Assembly: GCA_951406725.2 (NCBI GenBank)
Contig: OX597834.1
Coordinates: 44,640,001 to 44,704,000, forward strand
Length of the DNA: 64,000 bases
From: Octopus vulgaris
Taxonomy: Eukaryota
Direction of reading: 5' to 3'
Positions 15,146 to 37,099 of the stretch are shown in pieces. The notes beneath the pieces are model-generated. The model saw nothing but the letters and a program-made list of their open reading frames with translations, searched no databases and was not told where the DNA came from. The first letter of the stretch is position 1. Every line of letters begins with the position of its first letter. Made by a program: the position numbers and the translations under genes.

Positions 15146-15590
15146 GTTTGACTTTTGCTTTACATTTGTACAAGTTGGCTCCAAGTCTCACCAGAAACTT
15201 TAAGAGACAAGAAGTTGGAAGTTCATGTTGGTGTTATGCCTAGTGTGCCATATATTTGGTTTTGTACTTAGTGTTGTACTAGTGAATGTCTAAAAAATAA
15301 CCATACGAAAATTATGTTTGTTTTAAAACTTGAGATTACATAGAAAGTATTTTGCGTAGGATATGAGCAGTTCCCATGAGCACTATCTTTTCAATTTCTG
15401 CCATTTGGGGGTTTCCTTGTATCTGAGTTAGGTAGCAATCAGCCCCTTTTGCTATCATTCCCAGGGCACCTATGACAACAGGTATTGTTTTAGTCTTCAG
15501 GTTCCACATTTTGCTGAATTCTATTTCAAGATCTGTATATTTGCTCAGTTTTTGCTAGGTCTTGACAGATATGTTTATATCGATTGACAG
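15087..15590 (-). mobile_element. R4/Dong-like (REL endonuclease) non-LTR 3' end with (TAA)n tail
   Basis: Minus strand KYTDLEIEFSKMWNLKTKTIPVVIGALGMI; terminates in a (TAA)n tract. Confidence 0.75.
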
Positions 15591-16639
15591 ATACGTTTAT
15601 ATCGATTTATTATTATTATTATTGTTGTTGTTGTTGTTGTTGTTGTTTTTGTTGTTGTTATTATTATTATTATACTTACAACAACATTGATAACAACAAT
15701 GCAATCTTAATGATTTCTTTTACCATTCTTGCAGCTGTTGTTGTCGTCGACGTCGGTCTTGTGACCCAAACATGCGTGTGTGCGAGTGTGTGTGTGTGTA
15801 TGTGTGTGTGTGTGTGTGTTTGTGTGTGTGTTTGTGTGTGTGCGTGGAGATCTTTTTGTGCCAGAATCATTGAAAGATTGATATCATCAATAGTTTTTTT
15901 GAAAACCATTCGATGTGGATCGCTTAATATCAATAATCCTGCAGTTGTTAACCTCGTTGCCATTCGTTATTGTCTTTCATCGTCGTCACAAACATGTTTA
16001 TCGTGAGGATATCTGCAGCATACTGTAGCCGACTGGCCGAGTTCTATAAATTAAAAGCGTCTTTTCCAATTAACTAATGTCATACATTTGGCTCCGAATC
16101 ATTTTCATCCATTAGCACAGAAAATGCTATTTTTTATATTTGATTCGTTTAGGTAATTCTCAAAGGATCACTGACGATGTCTCTGGCAACGATTTCCATG
16201 CCTCTGTTCCATTCCCAAAGTTCCGGTCCCAGTACAGTCTACTATACACATCTACACACAGACAGACAAACAAACATACAAACAAACACATTCCAAAACA
16301 CACCCACAGAAATATACAAGAAAAAAACTGAAAAAAAATTAAAAACAATTAATACAACATACAACAATTATAATGACGTTAGTTCATTCAATGATATATG
16401 TTTTTCTTTAGATTTTCGGGACGCTACGCGTTTATCTTATGGTTTTGTATTAGTTTCTTTTTATTATTATTATCATTATTATTATTATTATTATTATTAT
16501 CATTATTATTATTATTATGCAGAGACGGCATGTGTTGATTTCTGTAGATTTCATTGCGATCCCTTTTCGGGAGACGACTGAGCGTCTTAAGGAAATTGGC
16601 ACCAATAATATATTGATTCTGCAATATAGATTTTGAATA

Positions 16640-16981
16640 GTGAAGATGCATGGCCCAATGGTTACAGCGTCGGGCTTACAATAATGAGGTAGGGAATTCG
16701 AATCCTGGAGTGGATTGTGTATTGTGTTCTTGAGCAAGTCACTTTATTTCACGTTGCTCCTGTTCGCTCAGCTGTAGGAATGAGTTGTTATGCCACTGGT
16801 GTCAAGCTGTATCGGCCTTTGCCTTGCACAACATCTGTGGCGCGGAGAGGAGAGGCTGGTGTGCATGGCAGATTGCTAGTCTTCCATAAACAACTTTGCT
16901 CGCACTTGTGTCTCGGAGAGTAAATTTCGAAGTGCAATTCAACGGTCATTTATGACCGAAAGCGGGTATTTACTCTTTACC
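16640..16981 (+). mobile_element. SINE type D (tRNA head, tgtgttcttgagcaag core)
   Basis: Homologous to the inverted copy at 22533-23130. Confidence 0.75.
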
Positions 16982-17422
16982 TGATTTCGAAGAAATGACA
17001 AAGAAAAAATCCCACTTAAATTTCAGTAGGTATGCAACAGAGCATTGATATACTTATGAATAATTATGTTCTTAATTTATGTATTTCAACAAGCCTGTAT
17101 TTGTACAACTCAGGCAGTGATATAGGGATTATTGTCTTTATAGGTTATCACTCTATTGTATCTTATTGAACATTAGAAAAGTTATGCGTGGTTATGTAAA
17201 CGAAATATGCAGTCGTCAACCATAGAATTTTCCCGCTGCTAATAGCAGTGAAGTATATTCTCCTCATTTTTGTGTATATGAACTTATAATCGTGATGACT
17301 AAAATATTTTCACATTAACATAAATGTGAATGCAGTACGTTGTTCAGAGCCCTCTCAACTCAGCCAGATGTAGTTCTATAAAGGAAAGTGCACACACATC
17401 TATATAAATATATATATATATT

Positions 17423-17626
17423 GATAAAAACAGTAAGAAAGAGACCTCGATATTATGTAAAAAGAGGAATTTATATGTAAATGTAATATGTGATAATTAT
17501 TCGGTAGCCATGATAAAACTCCGAGTTTCGGATGCCGAAGTGGAAATCCACGCCACCATCTCTTCAGTTATCCGGCCATCGGAAAAACGCTATGAAAAAT
17601 GACCGTTATACAAAGGGACGTTACTG
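17423..17626 (-). mobile_element. Short (TA)n-embedded ribozyme-bearing element, family P1
   Basis: Second copy of the 7706-7858 element, lying between TA runs. Confidence 0.6.
17512..17572 (-). ncRNA. Type I hammerhead ribozyme fold (family P1, copy 2)
   Basis: Reverse strand reads GATAA-CTGAAGA-GATG..GTGGATTTCCAC..CATC-C-GAAA-CTCGGAG-TT-TTATC; homologous to 7761-7821. Confidence 0.75.
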
Positions 17627-17659
17627 TATATATATCTCAATATATATATATATATCTTA

Positions 17660-17690
<31 letters not shown>

Positions 17691-17749
17691 CAAACATATA
17701 TATATGTGCATATATATGATTATGTGAGTGTGTTGGTGTCTGATTTTAT

Positions 17750-17910
17750 TCTTCACCATCGCTTGACAACAAGTGCAACTTAGCTCTTCGCCAGAAAGAG
17801 TCCGACAGAACAAATAGCAGGCTTAAAAACGTAAGTTCTGGGCTTTGAGTTGTTCGATTAAAACCCTTAAAAGTGGTGCCCCAACATGGCCGCGATCAAA
17901 TGACTGAAAG
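17750..17910 (+). mobile_element. SINE type B 3' half, degenerate
   Basis: catcgcttgacaac...catggccgcgatcaaatgactgaaa. Confidence 0.65.
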
Positions 17911-17966
17911 AGGTCGAACGTAAAAATTAAAAAGTTAAAAGATAATATTGTTATGAAGAAGAGGAC

Positions 17967-18087
17967 GAAGAAGAAGAAGAAGAAGAAGAAGAAGAAGAAG
18001 AAGAAGAAGAAGAAGAAGAAGAAGAAGAAGAAGAAGAAGAAGAAGAAGAAGAAGAAGAAGAAGAAGAAGAAGAAGAAGAAGAAGAAG
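17967..18087. repeat. Pure (GAA)n tract, about 40 units
   Basis: Directly visible. Confidence 0.97.
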
Positions 18088-18227
18088 GCAAAAGGAAGAA
18101 GCAAATACTATCTAAGTATACTAATTATATATTTTTGTTTATGTAAAACTTTAAACACCATCAGGATTATCCTCCGCAAAATCCAGGTATAGCTAAGGTT
18201 TGCAAACTGTTAAAAATTTAATCGAAT

Positions 18228-18273
<46 letters not shown>

Positions 18274-18903
18274 AGGCACACACATATTTGTGTATTTGTG
18301 CGAGCGTGTTCGTATATAATATATGCGCAAACATTGCAATCACGCGTTTATAATTAACTCTACAAGTATTTGTGCGCCGAGAGATGCCTGTACATGTCTG
18401 CGCAGGTCTGTATTCCTAACTTCTTTTTTGCTTTATTTATTATGCTTGTTTAAATTTAAATCTGCTTAAAAAAAAATGTCTTATGCCAGTTAGAAAAGGA
18501 AGAAAGAAATCGCATTAAGGTATGGCCAATTTGAATGCAAATATAATTATTTGCTCTTCGAGTGTATTCAATTATATGCTCGTTATTTTGTTGATTCTTT
18601 CTTTTTAATATCTATTTCATCTGAAAAGGAATTTTAATAACATTGGTGCCAAACGTATTGCAAAAAAAAAACAGAAAATGAAAATAGAATAGCTAAAGTA
18701 ATCAGCGATTAATTAGTCGGTTTACTTTGTGAATAATATTTGAATAAACTTGAATATCATTTTTCGTCTGAGAGATATAAATCTAGATTTGTTGGAAGAT
18801 CGTACTTAATTTTCAAAATTGATTATGTATGTGCATGTTTATGTGTATACTTGTGCAGTTATACACATCCATATGCACATTTTCACACTTGCACACACAA
18901 TAA

Positions 18904-18970
<67 letters not shown>

Positions 18971-19010
18971 TAAACACACACATACGCGTAAGACACATAT
19001 AGATACAGAA

Positions 19011-19049
<39 letters not shown>

Positions 19050-19299
19050 CAGAGAGAGAGACAGATAGATAGATATGCCATTCTAATATTGAAGCATATA
19101 ACTGGAGGTGGCTTTTATAAATTGATGTAGTGATATTAAAGCACGGTTTTGATTAAACATTAAGAAAAATATTATCAAACTGAAAACAAAATTTGAAAAA
19201 TATACATCTCGCTTGAAATTCTCGGGTACTCTAAGAAATACACTCAGACTAATAAAAGCACTAGCCTTTATATTTATAAATATGAATACGTATTTACCG

Positions 19300-19750
19300 T
19301 ATTTTCACTGAAGATAGCTGCCAACTTGTATTGCCATGTTATATCATTAATTTGATACACGTTGCTGTCCAATCGTTGCTGAATTGTTTATGTTATATTT
19401 TTCTTTATTTTACAATTTTTATAATGCGTGATTAAATAAAAAACAAAGTATCATTAGAGGCATTTAAGCTATTTGTGGAATAAAAAATGACAGAGAACAA
19501 GGTTGGCAGCAAGAGAAATTAATAATGTGGAATTTCCAGAAACTGTCAACGAACGTATGGACTCGAACTTGGTTCAGTTGCTTCAAGGAAGGTGTGGACA
19601 GCCTCGAAGATAAACTAAGATCAAGGAGACTAGTGGAAGATGTGGCCTTACTTGAAATATTTGAACAGCCAAGCGGAAGCACTTGCACATTGTCATCAGA
19701 ACATTGTCCTTCACAAAGCACCATGAGTTGAAACTTCAATAAGGTCAATC
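19300..19750 (+). mobile_element. Mariner transposase N-terminal remnant
   Basis: RTWFSCFKEGVDSLEDKLRSRR resembles the mariner WF..F..G..SLED..RSGRP segment. Confidence 0.65.
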
Positions 19751-20788
19751 TTCCCTGCAGCATTTACTTACAATTATATAAACCGCGAATTCAATAAAAC
19801 TGCGATTCACTTTTATTTGGCGCAACATCGTTAGTTACACAAAAAGGATGCGGGAGTCCTTCCATGGATCTGTTTGAAATTTAAAATGCTCACAACATCA
19901 CGTATTTTGTCATAATCATTCGGCCATAGAATTTACATTAACTGGACCCGTAGCTATAGGACACTTAGCCACTTATACATTGGTTTTAGGAATAAGTAGG
20001 CAGATAATCGAACAAATAAATGGTCAATATCAGGAATGCTCAGAGATTCCATCAGAAAAAAAAATGCCATTATAATGCTGCATCATTAAACACTGGTGTG
20101 AATGATTTAGACGTGCAATTTAAGGAATGGATTTTTTAAAATATTCTTTCTCATCTGCAGGGCTGTAGATTTTATTGATGGGATTTGTAATTTCTGCAGT
20201 TGTGTGAGATTTTAACAAAACGTTTGTTTTTATGGAAAAAAAATCTGCCCATATAATCTTGCGTTAATAAATGACTGAGTGTCTCTTGTGAAAGTCGTCC
20301 TTTCAGATTTCATTTGGTGTACAACCATTTCTTAATTTAATTTTTATCTTCCACCCGGGATACAAGATTTAACAACCGTCTTCTTTTATAGCATAATTTA
20401 TCTAAAGTTGGTTCACCAGCATAATCATATTCCTCTTTCTATAACCACTAGGATTTGATATAAAAGAAATTTTGGTTCAAATCTTACCAAGTCGAGCTAA
20501 GGTATATAATCGTCACTCCATAAATCTTTTTCTGAATATAATTGGAATTGCTTACTTTACTACAGATATTTTGGCATAATTTAGTTAGAAAATGTGTTTA
20601 AGAACTCAGCAAGGGATTAAAAAAAGACACAATCATAATGTTCTTTGAATGAGCAGTGGAATATTTGCCAACTCCCAGCATATAATCATTCGGTATTATT
20701 TTTTTATATTGAACAGTTCATAAACGAATTTATTTTCAAAGCAATTCTGTGTAATATACTTGCTTAGAATCGTATCTTTATATTTCAG

Positions 20789-21076
20789 AATTGCAGCAAG
20801 TCCTAATTACATCTGTTGTCACCCTAATTTCAATCAAGTTTAAATTAAATACTTCGTTCCTCTCAATAACGAAATCTCTTTCTAATTACTGTTCCGTTAT
20901 GCACTTCCTATAAGCCGGGATAATAGATATAACTATAATCAAACTGCAATGTAAACTGCTATTCTTATTAGTATATTTTAATTAATCTTTTGAATAAGCT
21001 TTATGTTAGAGCTTTATTCACTTCTTGTTAATGCCTACCTTACTTACTTGTATGGCCAGTGTCATTAGTTGCCGGA
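20789..21076 (+). repeat. Local duplication unit 1 (paralog at 23265-23553)
   Basis: Direct repeat with a near-identical core and diverged flanks. Confidence 0.9.
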
Positions 21077-21414
21077 GAATTCACAATGTATACACATTTA
21101 ATTTTGTGTCGAATATATTTCCACTATTGTTTGTGACTTTATTAATATTTCGCTTGATCTTGATGTATTGTTATTGAGAACAATGAGGGAAAACAAAAAC
21201 AACCCCCTGTTCATCTGCAATTGATAATGATTATATGTTAAAACATGAGCTGTAGGTCAGTTGAGGTTTTGCCGCTGAGGTTATATCCTGCTCGCCTTAA
21301 GCACAAATCATAATATAAATATGACTTTTCATATGTTTTATTTGATTTAAAATTTGTATTTAATTTTAAAATCAAACGGTTTTAAATATAGACAAGAATT
21401 ATAAGTATGTATGT

Positions 21415-21680
21415 GGGGGCACGTGGCCTAGTGGTTAGAACAGCGGACTCGAGATCGAGGGATCGCGGGTTCGAATCTCAGACAGGGCGATGTGTGTGTT
21501 TATGAGCAAAACACCTAGGCTCCACGCGGCTCCTGCAGCAGGTAATGGCGAACTTCTGCTGACTCTTTCGCCACAACTTTCTCTCACTCTTTCCTCTTGC
21601 AGCTTACCTGCGACGGACTGGTGTCCCGTCCAGGTGGGGGACCTATACGCCAAGGAAACCGGGAAACCGGCCCTTATGAT
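21415..21680 (+). mobile_element. SINE type C (tRNA head with A/B boxes; cctgcgacggactgg..cccgtccag 3' block)
   Basis: A box TGGCCTAGTGG, B box GGTTCGAATC; homologous to 29802-30100. Confidence 0.85.
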
Positions 21681-22532
21681 ATTATATATTTGTGTGTGTG
21701 TGTGTGTGTGTTGTTTTACTCTTTCTTTCAAGGCGTGACCGACTAGACATACATTGTGTTTTTCATTATATGTATGATGGTCGAATAAACATTTGACGCA
21801 ATGGACATCAAGATGTGAAACAGAAACGATTACAAAATGTGAAGGAGGCAGAATTAGCCAACAGTAAGCATTCGTTGTTTACGTCAGGTTACTCTGAACC
21901 TATTTCGGTCTATTCGGCATTTTAACCTAGCATCGATTTTACTACATTTGCCGAAGTAGTTTCATCCTTACTTGATGGGTATAACTTGATGGCGTTGGAA
22001 ATAATAATTTTTCAGAGAACAAATTACTAAGAATTGCTTTCGGCAGGAAAAACAATTGTTAGGTTTTTATTATGATATTATTATTGTTTCATAAAATATA
22101 TACTGCTTTATGAATTATAGAACTATAAACAATCATAATCACAAAGAACGAACGGTAGATTGTAAATCAGATTTGTCAGGGTGAAATTACACCTCTGCAG
22201 CGCAATAAGTTCGGCGCTTGTGCCTTCTCTGTCGCATGGATCTTTGCATACAAATTATATTCAAAACAAATTCGTAATGTTTTTTTTTTCATTGGAATGT
22301 TTCATTTTAGTAGGGAAATTGTTAAATTGATTGATTCCACTGTTTTTGCCAATCCATTGTTCTATTCATAATGAAAAGAAAAATAGGGAAGACAAAGTTG
22401 TCCAGCCAGCTTCGAATTTCAAATAAATATAAATGTAAGTAAATGCTGCAGGGAATTAGTTTCGATGCGCCACATATTGCAGCAGAACACTGGCTTCATA
22501 TTCGTTTGAATAAGAAAATACAAGATGGGGGT

Positions 22533-23130
22533 TAGAAAAGTAAAGACCCCCTTCGGTCATGAATGACCATGAGATTGCACCTAGAAAGATACCCTCCGAC
22601 GCACAAGTCCGGTAAGGTTGTTCGTGGAAGACTAGCAGTCACCCATGCATACCAACCTCCCCTCTGCACTCCAACGATTTTATGCAAAGGAAAAGCAGAG
22701 GACGATACTGCTTGGCACCTTTGACGTCACAACTTATTTCTACAGCTGATTGTGAACTGGAGCAACGTGAAATAAAGTGTCTTGCTCAAGAACACAACAC
22801 AAATCCCAGTCCGGGTATCGACCTCACAGCCTCATAATTGTTTTTTTTTTATTGCCCACAAGGGGCTAAACATAGAGGGGACAAATAAGGACACACAAAG
22901 GGATTAAGTCGATTACATTGACCCAGTGCGTAACTGGTACTTAATTTATCGACCCCGAGGGGATGAACTGTAAAGTCGACCTCGGCGGAATTTGAACTCA
23001 GAACGAAACGGCAGACGAAATACCGTTAAGCATTTCGCCCAGCGTGCTAACGTTTTCTGCCAGTTCGGTGCCATTCACAGCCTCATGATTGCGAGTCCGA
23101 AGCTCTGACCACCGAGTCATGCACCTTCAC
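22533..23130 (-). mobile_element. SINE type D with nested SINE type A (22841-23074, minus)
   Basis: The nested copy is flanked by a 17-bp TSD tcacagcctcat(a/g)attg at 22824-22840 and 23075-23091. Confidence 0.85.
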
Positions 23131-23264
23131 CAGATGAGATTGACTGTACTTCATCCAAGTTTCAGCAGAATTATTTACATATATATATTGAATAATCCAA
23201 CAAATTGCTGCAAGAACATATTTATATTCTGATTTTTATTTACAATTGTATTTTCATATTACAG

Positions 23265-23553
23265 ATATCAGTATAGTCCTAATTACATCGGTGGCAGATC
23301 CAATTTGTATGAAGTTCAAATTACAAATTACGTTGATCTCAATAACGAAGCCTCTTTCTAATTACTGTTCCGTTATGTACTTTCTATAAGCCGGGATAAT
23401 AGATATAACTATAATCAAACTGCAATGTAAACTGCTATTCTTATTAGTATATTTTAATTAATCTTTTGAATTAAGCTTTATGTTAGAGCTTTATTCACTT
23501 CTTGTTAATATCTGTCTTATCTACTTGTGTAGCCAGTGTCATTAGTTGCCGGA
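23265..23553 (+). repeat. Local duplication unit 2 (paralog at 20789-21076)
   Basis: Direct repeat with a near-identical core and diverged flanks. Confidence 0.9.
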
Positions 23554-24856
23554 TTATATCCAACATGTACAACATTATTCATGCTTCTAATATCCTCCTA
23601 CAATTAGTGTAGCTTCAGTTTGTTTTCTATATACTTTCCATGTTTCTTTATTGTAACTATTCAACGACAGCGACGTGGTAGATTGAGATTATACGTTGTT
23701 GCTGTTTAATCCAAATCACACCTGAGAAGATTCTCTCCGAAGGCCTTCTAAAAATACACAGCCATCTTTTTTATTTTATCTATTTTTTTAAATCAAATAT
23801 CAAGTTTTTCATTAAAACACTTGTGTATGACTCACAATAAACTTATGATGGTATTTATAGCAGCAGATAGAGGCGACTATGTTCTGGTTTGCTCATTAAC
23901 TCCAATGCGATACCTTATTAAACTAGATTCTTTAGTTACATCGTCGTTTTCCGGTAATGTTTTATCGTGGTTGCAATCATTTTCTTTTGTATAAAAATAC
24001 GAAAGAAAAGTTTTAAATATTTATTTTATCTTACGCATTTAACCAATAGCTGTTCTTTATTTTTTTGTCATTTTTCATTTGAGAATCTTAATTGTAGTTA
24101 AATATTACGTACATTGATGTAATCTGTATATATGAAACACAATAGCATATAACACCGTGAATTTCACTCGTTATTCTACCTCGGAAGATGCAGAGAAGCA
24201 ATCTTAACGAACGATCAGATTGCAGGTTCCTCACTGCATTCAGTTGACACTGATTTCAAAGCTCATTTTGGTGTCAAAAGATTTAGAAAAGTTGCCTTCT
24301 GTTTTTTGAGAAACAATCAGAATAAGATTTCTTTTTTGATATTCTTTTCCGCTCAGCTTGCTGCATAAATATCTTAACAGATTTATATTGGAGAAATATA
24401 TTATTCTCAAAAGTATTTTGTTGTTGTTATACACCACTTCTGCGTTTATTTAGCGGTTCTGTTATCACTACATAGTGAGCTGATGTCTGTGCACTGCTTT
24501 TGGGAGTAGGTGAAAATATGCCCAACAGCGTTGTCGTACTTAATTAAATTACTAAATATAATAATAGTTAATTAACTGTTGTCGTTATTTTTTTCTTCAC
24601 CTCATAATTATTTGCAATTAACTTTATAGTCATTCCAATATTAAGTACGTTAGCATTAACCAAACTATTCTTAGTTATTGCTTTTATAATGTTTAAACGT
24701 CGTTGCAGTAACCACACTGAAACAGCACTATGATCAATAGAGACATCTCTATGCCCTTATCATCTCTGTTTTATATTCTGAAATATTCTTCAATGCTAAT
24801 TGACAGAGCAGTAGGTTTACGAAGGAATCACTGCCCACATTCATTACGCTTCAGAG

Positions 24857-25135
24857 GAACTGTAGTAAGTTTCATATTCAGTTTTGGATGCTGGTAGCGC
24901 AAGGCTTGGAGTTTTTCAGCATTGAACTGCATATTATTATCCTCAGCCAATCTGTATATTGAGTCCAACTCCTGCTGCAGGTGTGCAACATCGCTGGGGT
25001 TCTGTATTTTGTGCGAGACTTTCGTATCATCTGCATAGCTTGCAAGGGTGGCTATCCGGGTTTTTGAGGGCATATCTGAGAAGGCCACAGTAAAAAGCAG
25101 TGGTCCCAAGACAGTGCCCTGTGGAACACCGCTCA
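24857..25135 (-). mobile_element. LINE reverse transcriptase fragment (CR1/L2/Jockey group)
   Basis: SGVPQGTVLGPLLF and YADDTK motifs, LQQELD...NNMQFNAEK. Confidence 0.88.
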
Positions 25136-25198
25136 CTATTATATATATATTAGAAGTGAAGTGAAAAGGAAGAGTAAGTGCGGTTAGGCGGCTTTTAA

Positions 25199-25320
25199 AT
25201 CGATACAAATGTTTCGATACATGCAGATCCTCGTATATACACGATTTAAAGTTAAGCTTAAATTAAATTATATAACGATTTACCTGTATAAGAAGATTTA
25301 TATGTATCTCCTCAGGCGAT
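25199..25320 (-). ncRNA. Type I hammerhead ribozyme fold with long stem II (family P4)
   Basis: Reverse strand reads ATCGC-CTGAGGA-GATACAT...(about 80 nt)...ATGTATC-GAAA-CATTTG-TA-TCGAT. GUA triplet; one mismatch at the base of stem I. Confidence 0.6.
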
Positions 25321-25746
25321 ACTCAGTTGTTGTCTTTGTAAGTAAATCTAGATTTCCATGCTACAACATTCATGGCTTCTTCTTTGAAGAGCTACTTAAC
25401 AGTACTTACTCTTCCTTTTGACTCTTTTACTTTTTTATTTTCACACACGAGGAATATCTAAGACTAGAATTGGTAGCATACCATAAGAATATTACCGGGA
25501 ATTCTATTTGGGAATTCTAAGTGTGAACGACCTTTATTTGTACTCTAATACGTTCTTAAAAGAGCACATCTCAACTATATATATATATATATATATTAGA
25601 TGGTAAATGTTTTTCATTTCCAAATTTATTCCTGTCGAATTTTATCCGTAATTTTTGTGGTTTACAGAACCTAGCTGTTCTTTCTAATGTGTTGAATTCA
25701 CGTAAAGTGGATTCCTTATGTGTATAAATATACACTAATTCGTATG

Positions 25747-25779
<33 letters not shown>

Positions 25780-25794
25780 ATATATATATATACA

Positions 25795-25897
25795 CGACAG
25801 GCTTCTTTCAGCTCCGTCTATTAAATTCATTCATAAGGCTTTCGTTGGCCCGAGGCTACAGCAGAAGGCACCTACCTAAGGTGCTAAGCAGTGGGAC
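25795..25897 (-). mobile_element. SINE type B fragment
   Basis: gacaggcttctttcag...ggcccgaggct...gcagtgggac. Confidence 0.65.
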
Positions 25898-25940
25898 GTA
25901 TATGTATAGATTTAAACCGAAAGTGAAGCGTCATTTTGAT

Positions 25941-25951
25941 TTTATTTTATT
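25941..25951 (-). terminator. Candidate polyadenylation signal (overlapping AATAAA x2) of the protease gene
   Basis: Plus-strand tttattttatt reads AATAAAATAAA on minus, about 45 nt after the stop. Confidence 0.6.
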
Positions 25952-25994
25952 TCATTCTGTTCATATTTTTACATAACGTTTATACCTGCATCTG

Positions 25995-35364
<9,370 letters not shown>

Positions 35365-35404
35365 TTTTGATTATGTCGTAGTACACTGTTGATGTCCGAA
35401 CAAG

Positions 35405-35570
35405 ATATAAATTTATATATATGTCTGTGTATATATATATAGACTTATAGAAAGCGGTTACTCCTTCCACACGCCCCCGTATCACAAGTCTGAGAGATAA
35501 CAGCTGCTGCCTATCACAGATCACAGAGGCGTTGAGATTTCCTTATAACAACCTTTTCAGATAAGCAATC
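35405..35570 (-). promoter_or_regulatory. Candidate proximal promoter of the protease (TATA box, GATA motifs, CAGCTG E-box)
   Basis: TATAAA on minus at 35412-35417, about 50 nt upstream of the ATG; AGATAACAGCTG at 35495-35506 and further GATA cores nearby. Confidence 0.4.
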
Positions 35571-35661
35571 GCTCTCGCCAACAAACTTGTGTCAAAAGAG
35601 TTTTGGGAGACTTCATCGATGTTTTTCAACTTGTGTCGCTCATGGTATTAATTTGATACAA

Positions 35662-35892
35662 GGCGGTGAGCTGGCAGAAACGCTAGCACGCCAGGCGAAA
35701 TGCTTAGCCGTATTTCGTCTGCTGCTACGTTCTGAGTTCAAATTCCGCCGAGGTCGACTTTGCCTTTCATCCTTTCGGAGTCGATTAAATAAGTACCAGT
35801 TACGCACTGGGGTCAATATAATCGACTTAATCTGTTTGCCTGTCCTTGTTTGTCCTCTCTGTGTTTAGCCCCTTCTGGGTAGTGAAGAAATA
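35662..35892 (+). mobile_element. SINE type A with perfect 18-bp TSD, upstream of the protease
   Basis: TSD ggtattaatttgatacaa at 35644-35661 and 35893-35910. Confidence 0.92.
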
Positions 35893-36751
35893 GGTATTAA
35901 TTTGATACAATTTGTTCAATGTTTACTTTACAGCTTTGATAACGAATGCTAAAATATTGCAGTTAAAGCCATTTAATCCGTCTGTAGAAAAGATCATTGA
36001 GTACAAGACCAGCTTCAATAGAAATTAACGATGTGAAAGACCCTGCAGCTGCCAGTGGGCATTTGGTGCAAAACAGGTTCAAGATGTGACACTAGATTCG
36101 ATGACAAACCACGGTTGGTGAGAACTTCTGTTGTGTCACATGAAGCCTTGAAATGGACTTATCCTCTCTCCCCTTCAAAATTTCAGGCCATGTATCTGAC
36201 AGAATAATCCCGTCTGAGAGGGCTTCCATGCTTTCGTGAAATATTTGGATCAGTTACTTAATCGCTGATTTGATCAATCCTGCTTCTGCAGCGTATATAC
36301 TCGCAGAATTTAATTTCTCTCCTCTGTGTCAAAGAAGACCACAATCACCAGCAAGCAGATGATGATTTCTGTGAGTGTGTTGACTATTTTTATATGAAAT
36401 ACATTACGGCTAAGACAAATTGGTATGAGGACCAGTTGGTCACACGTCGGATTGTTGCGGAGAGCTTTCTGGCCTCAGACTCTGAAATGAATCTCACCTG
36501 TAGTGTGTTGAACTTTTCTCCATTGGCTATGTATGTTTTTTTTCCTGTGACACATTGATCTGAGTCACGTTTCATTCAACTCCTGTGACGCTTGTTATAA
36601 TTTTTACTTTGTTTTATAATTATTCGAAAAGAAGCACGAAAATGTATGGAGGGGATACAAAACCACAAGACATTGAATATTTGCATAAACATTACACAAT
36701 GACAATTTATTTATATTCATGTAGCTGTCTGCTTCACGACAGCTACATGAG

Positions 36752-37056
36752 CGAAGACATCCACTTCACAATTGGTCACATCCAAGTGGACCATCCAACT
36801 CCTTAAATAGATCGACCGTATCTTGTGACACAAGTCTTTCCCAAACAACATCTTCAATTCGTCCGGTATTTTTGGTCGTCTCAGAGAAAGTTGTGGTGAA
36901 AGAGTACAGCGGGGTTCACCACCCAACCCCCGCCGGAGCCTTGTGGAGCTTAGGTGTTTTTGCTCAATAAACACTCACAATGCCCGGTCTGGGAATAGAA
37001 ACCGAGCTCTTATGACCGCGAGTCGGCTGCCTTAACCACTGGGCCATTGCGCCTCC
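36752..37056 (-). mobile_element. SINE type C head with a third tail type
   Basis: Head matches 29802; the 3' boundary is approximate. Confidence 0.7.
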
Positions 37057-37099
37057 ACTCTGTTGCTGCTGCTGCACCTGACGCTACTTCTGTTGCTGC

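Noticed and set aside
2204-19081. Numerous YIYI/LSIY/THTH/poly-K/poly-F ORFs (likewise at 34401-35021, 42746-45651, 56584-57057)
   Set aside because: Stop-free frames produced by microsatellites.
20150-20215. Possible Cys-rich plus-strand exon (AVDFIDGICNFCSC)
   Set aside because: Only a weak donor, and it could not be linked convincingly to the exon candidate at 20789.
21415-21490. tRNA-like sequence with A and B boxes (also 27598, 29802, 36985-37056)
   Set aside because: These are SINE heads that continue into SINE bodies; no clean cloverleaf acceptor stem.
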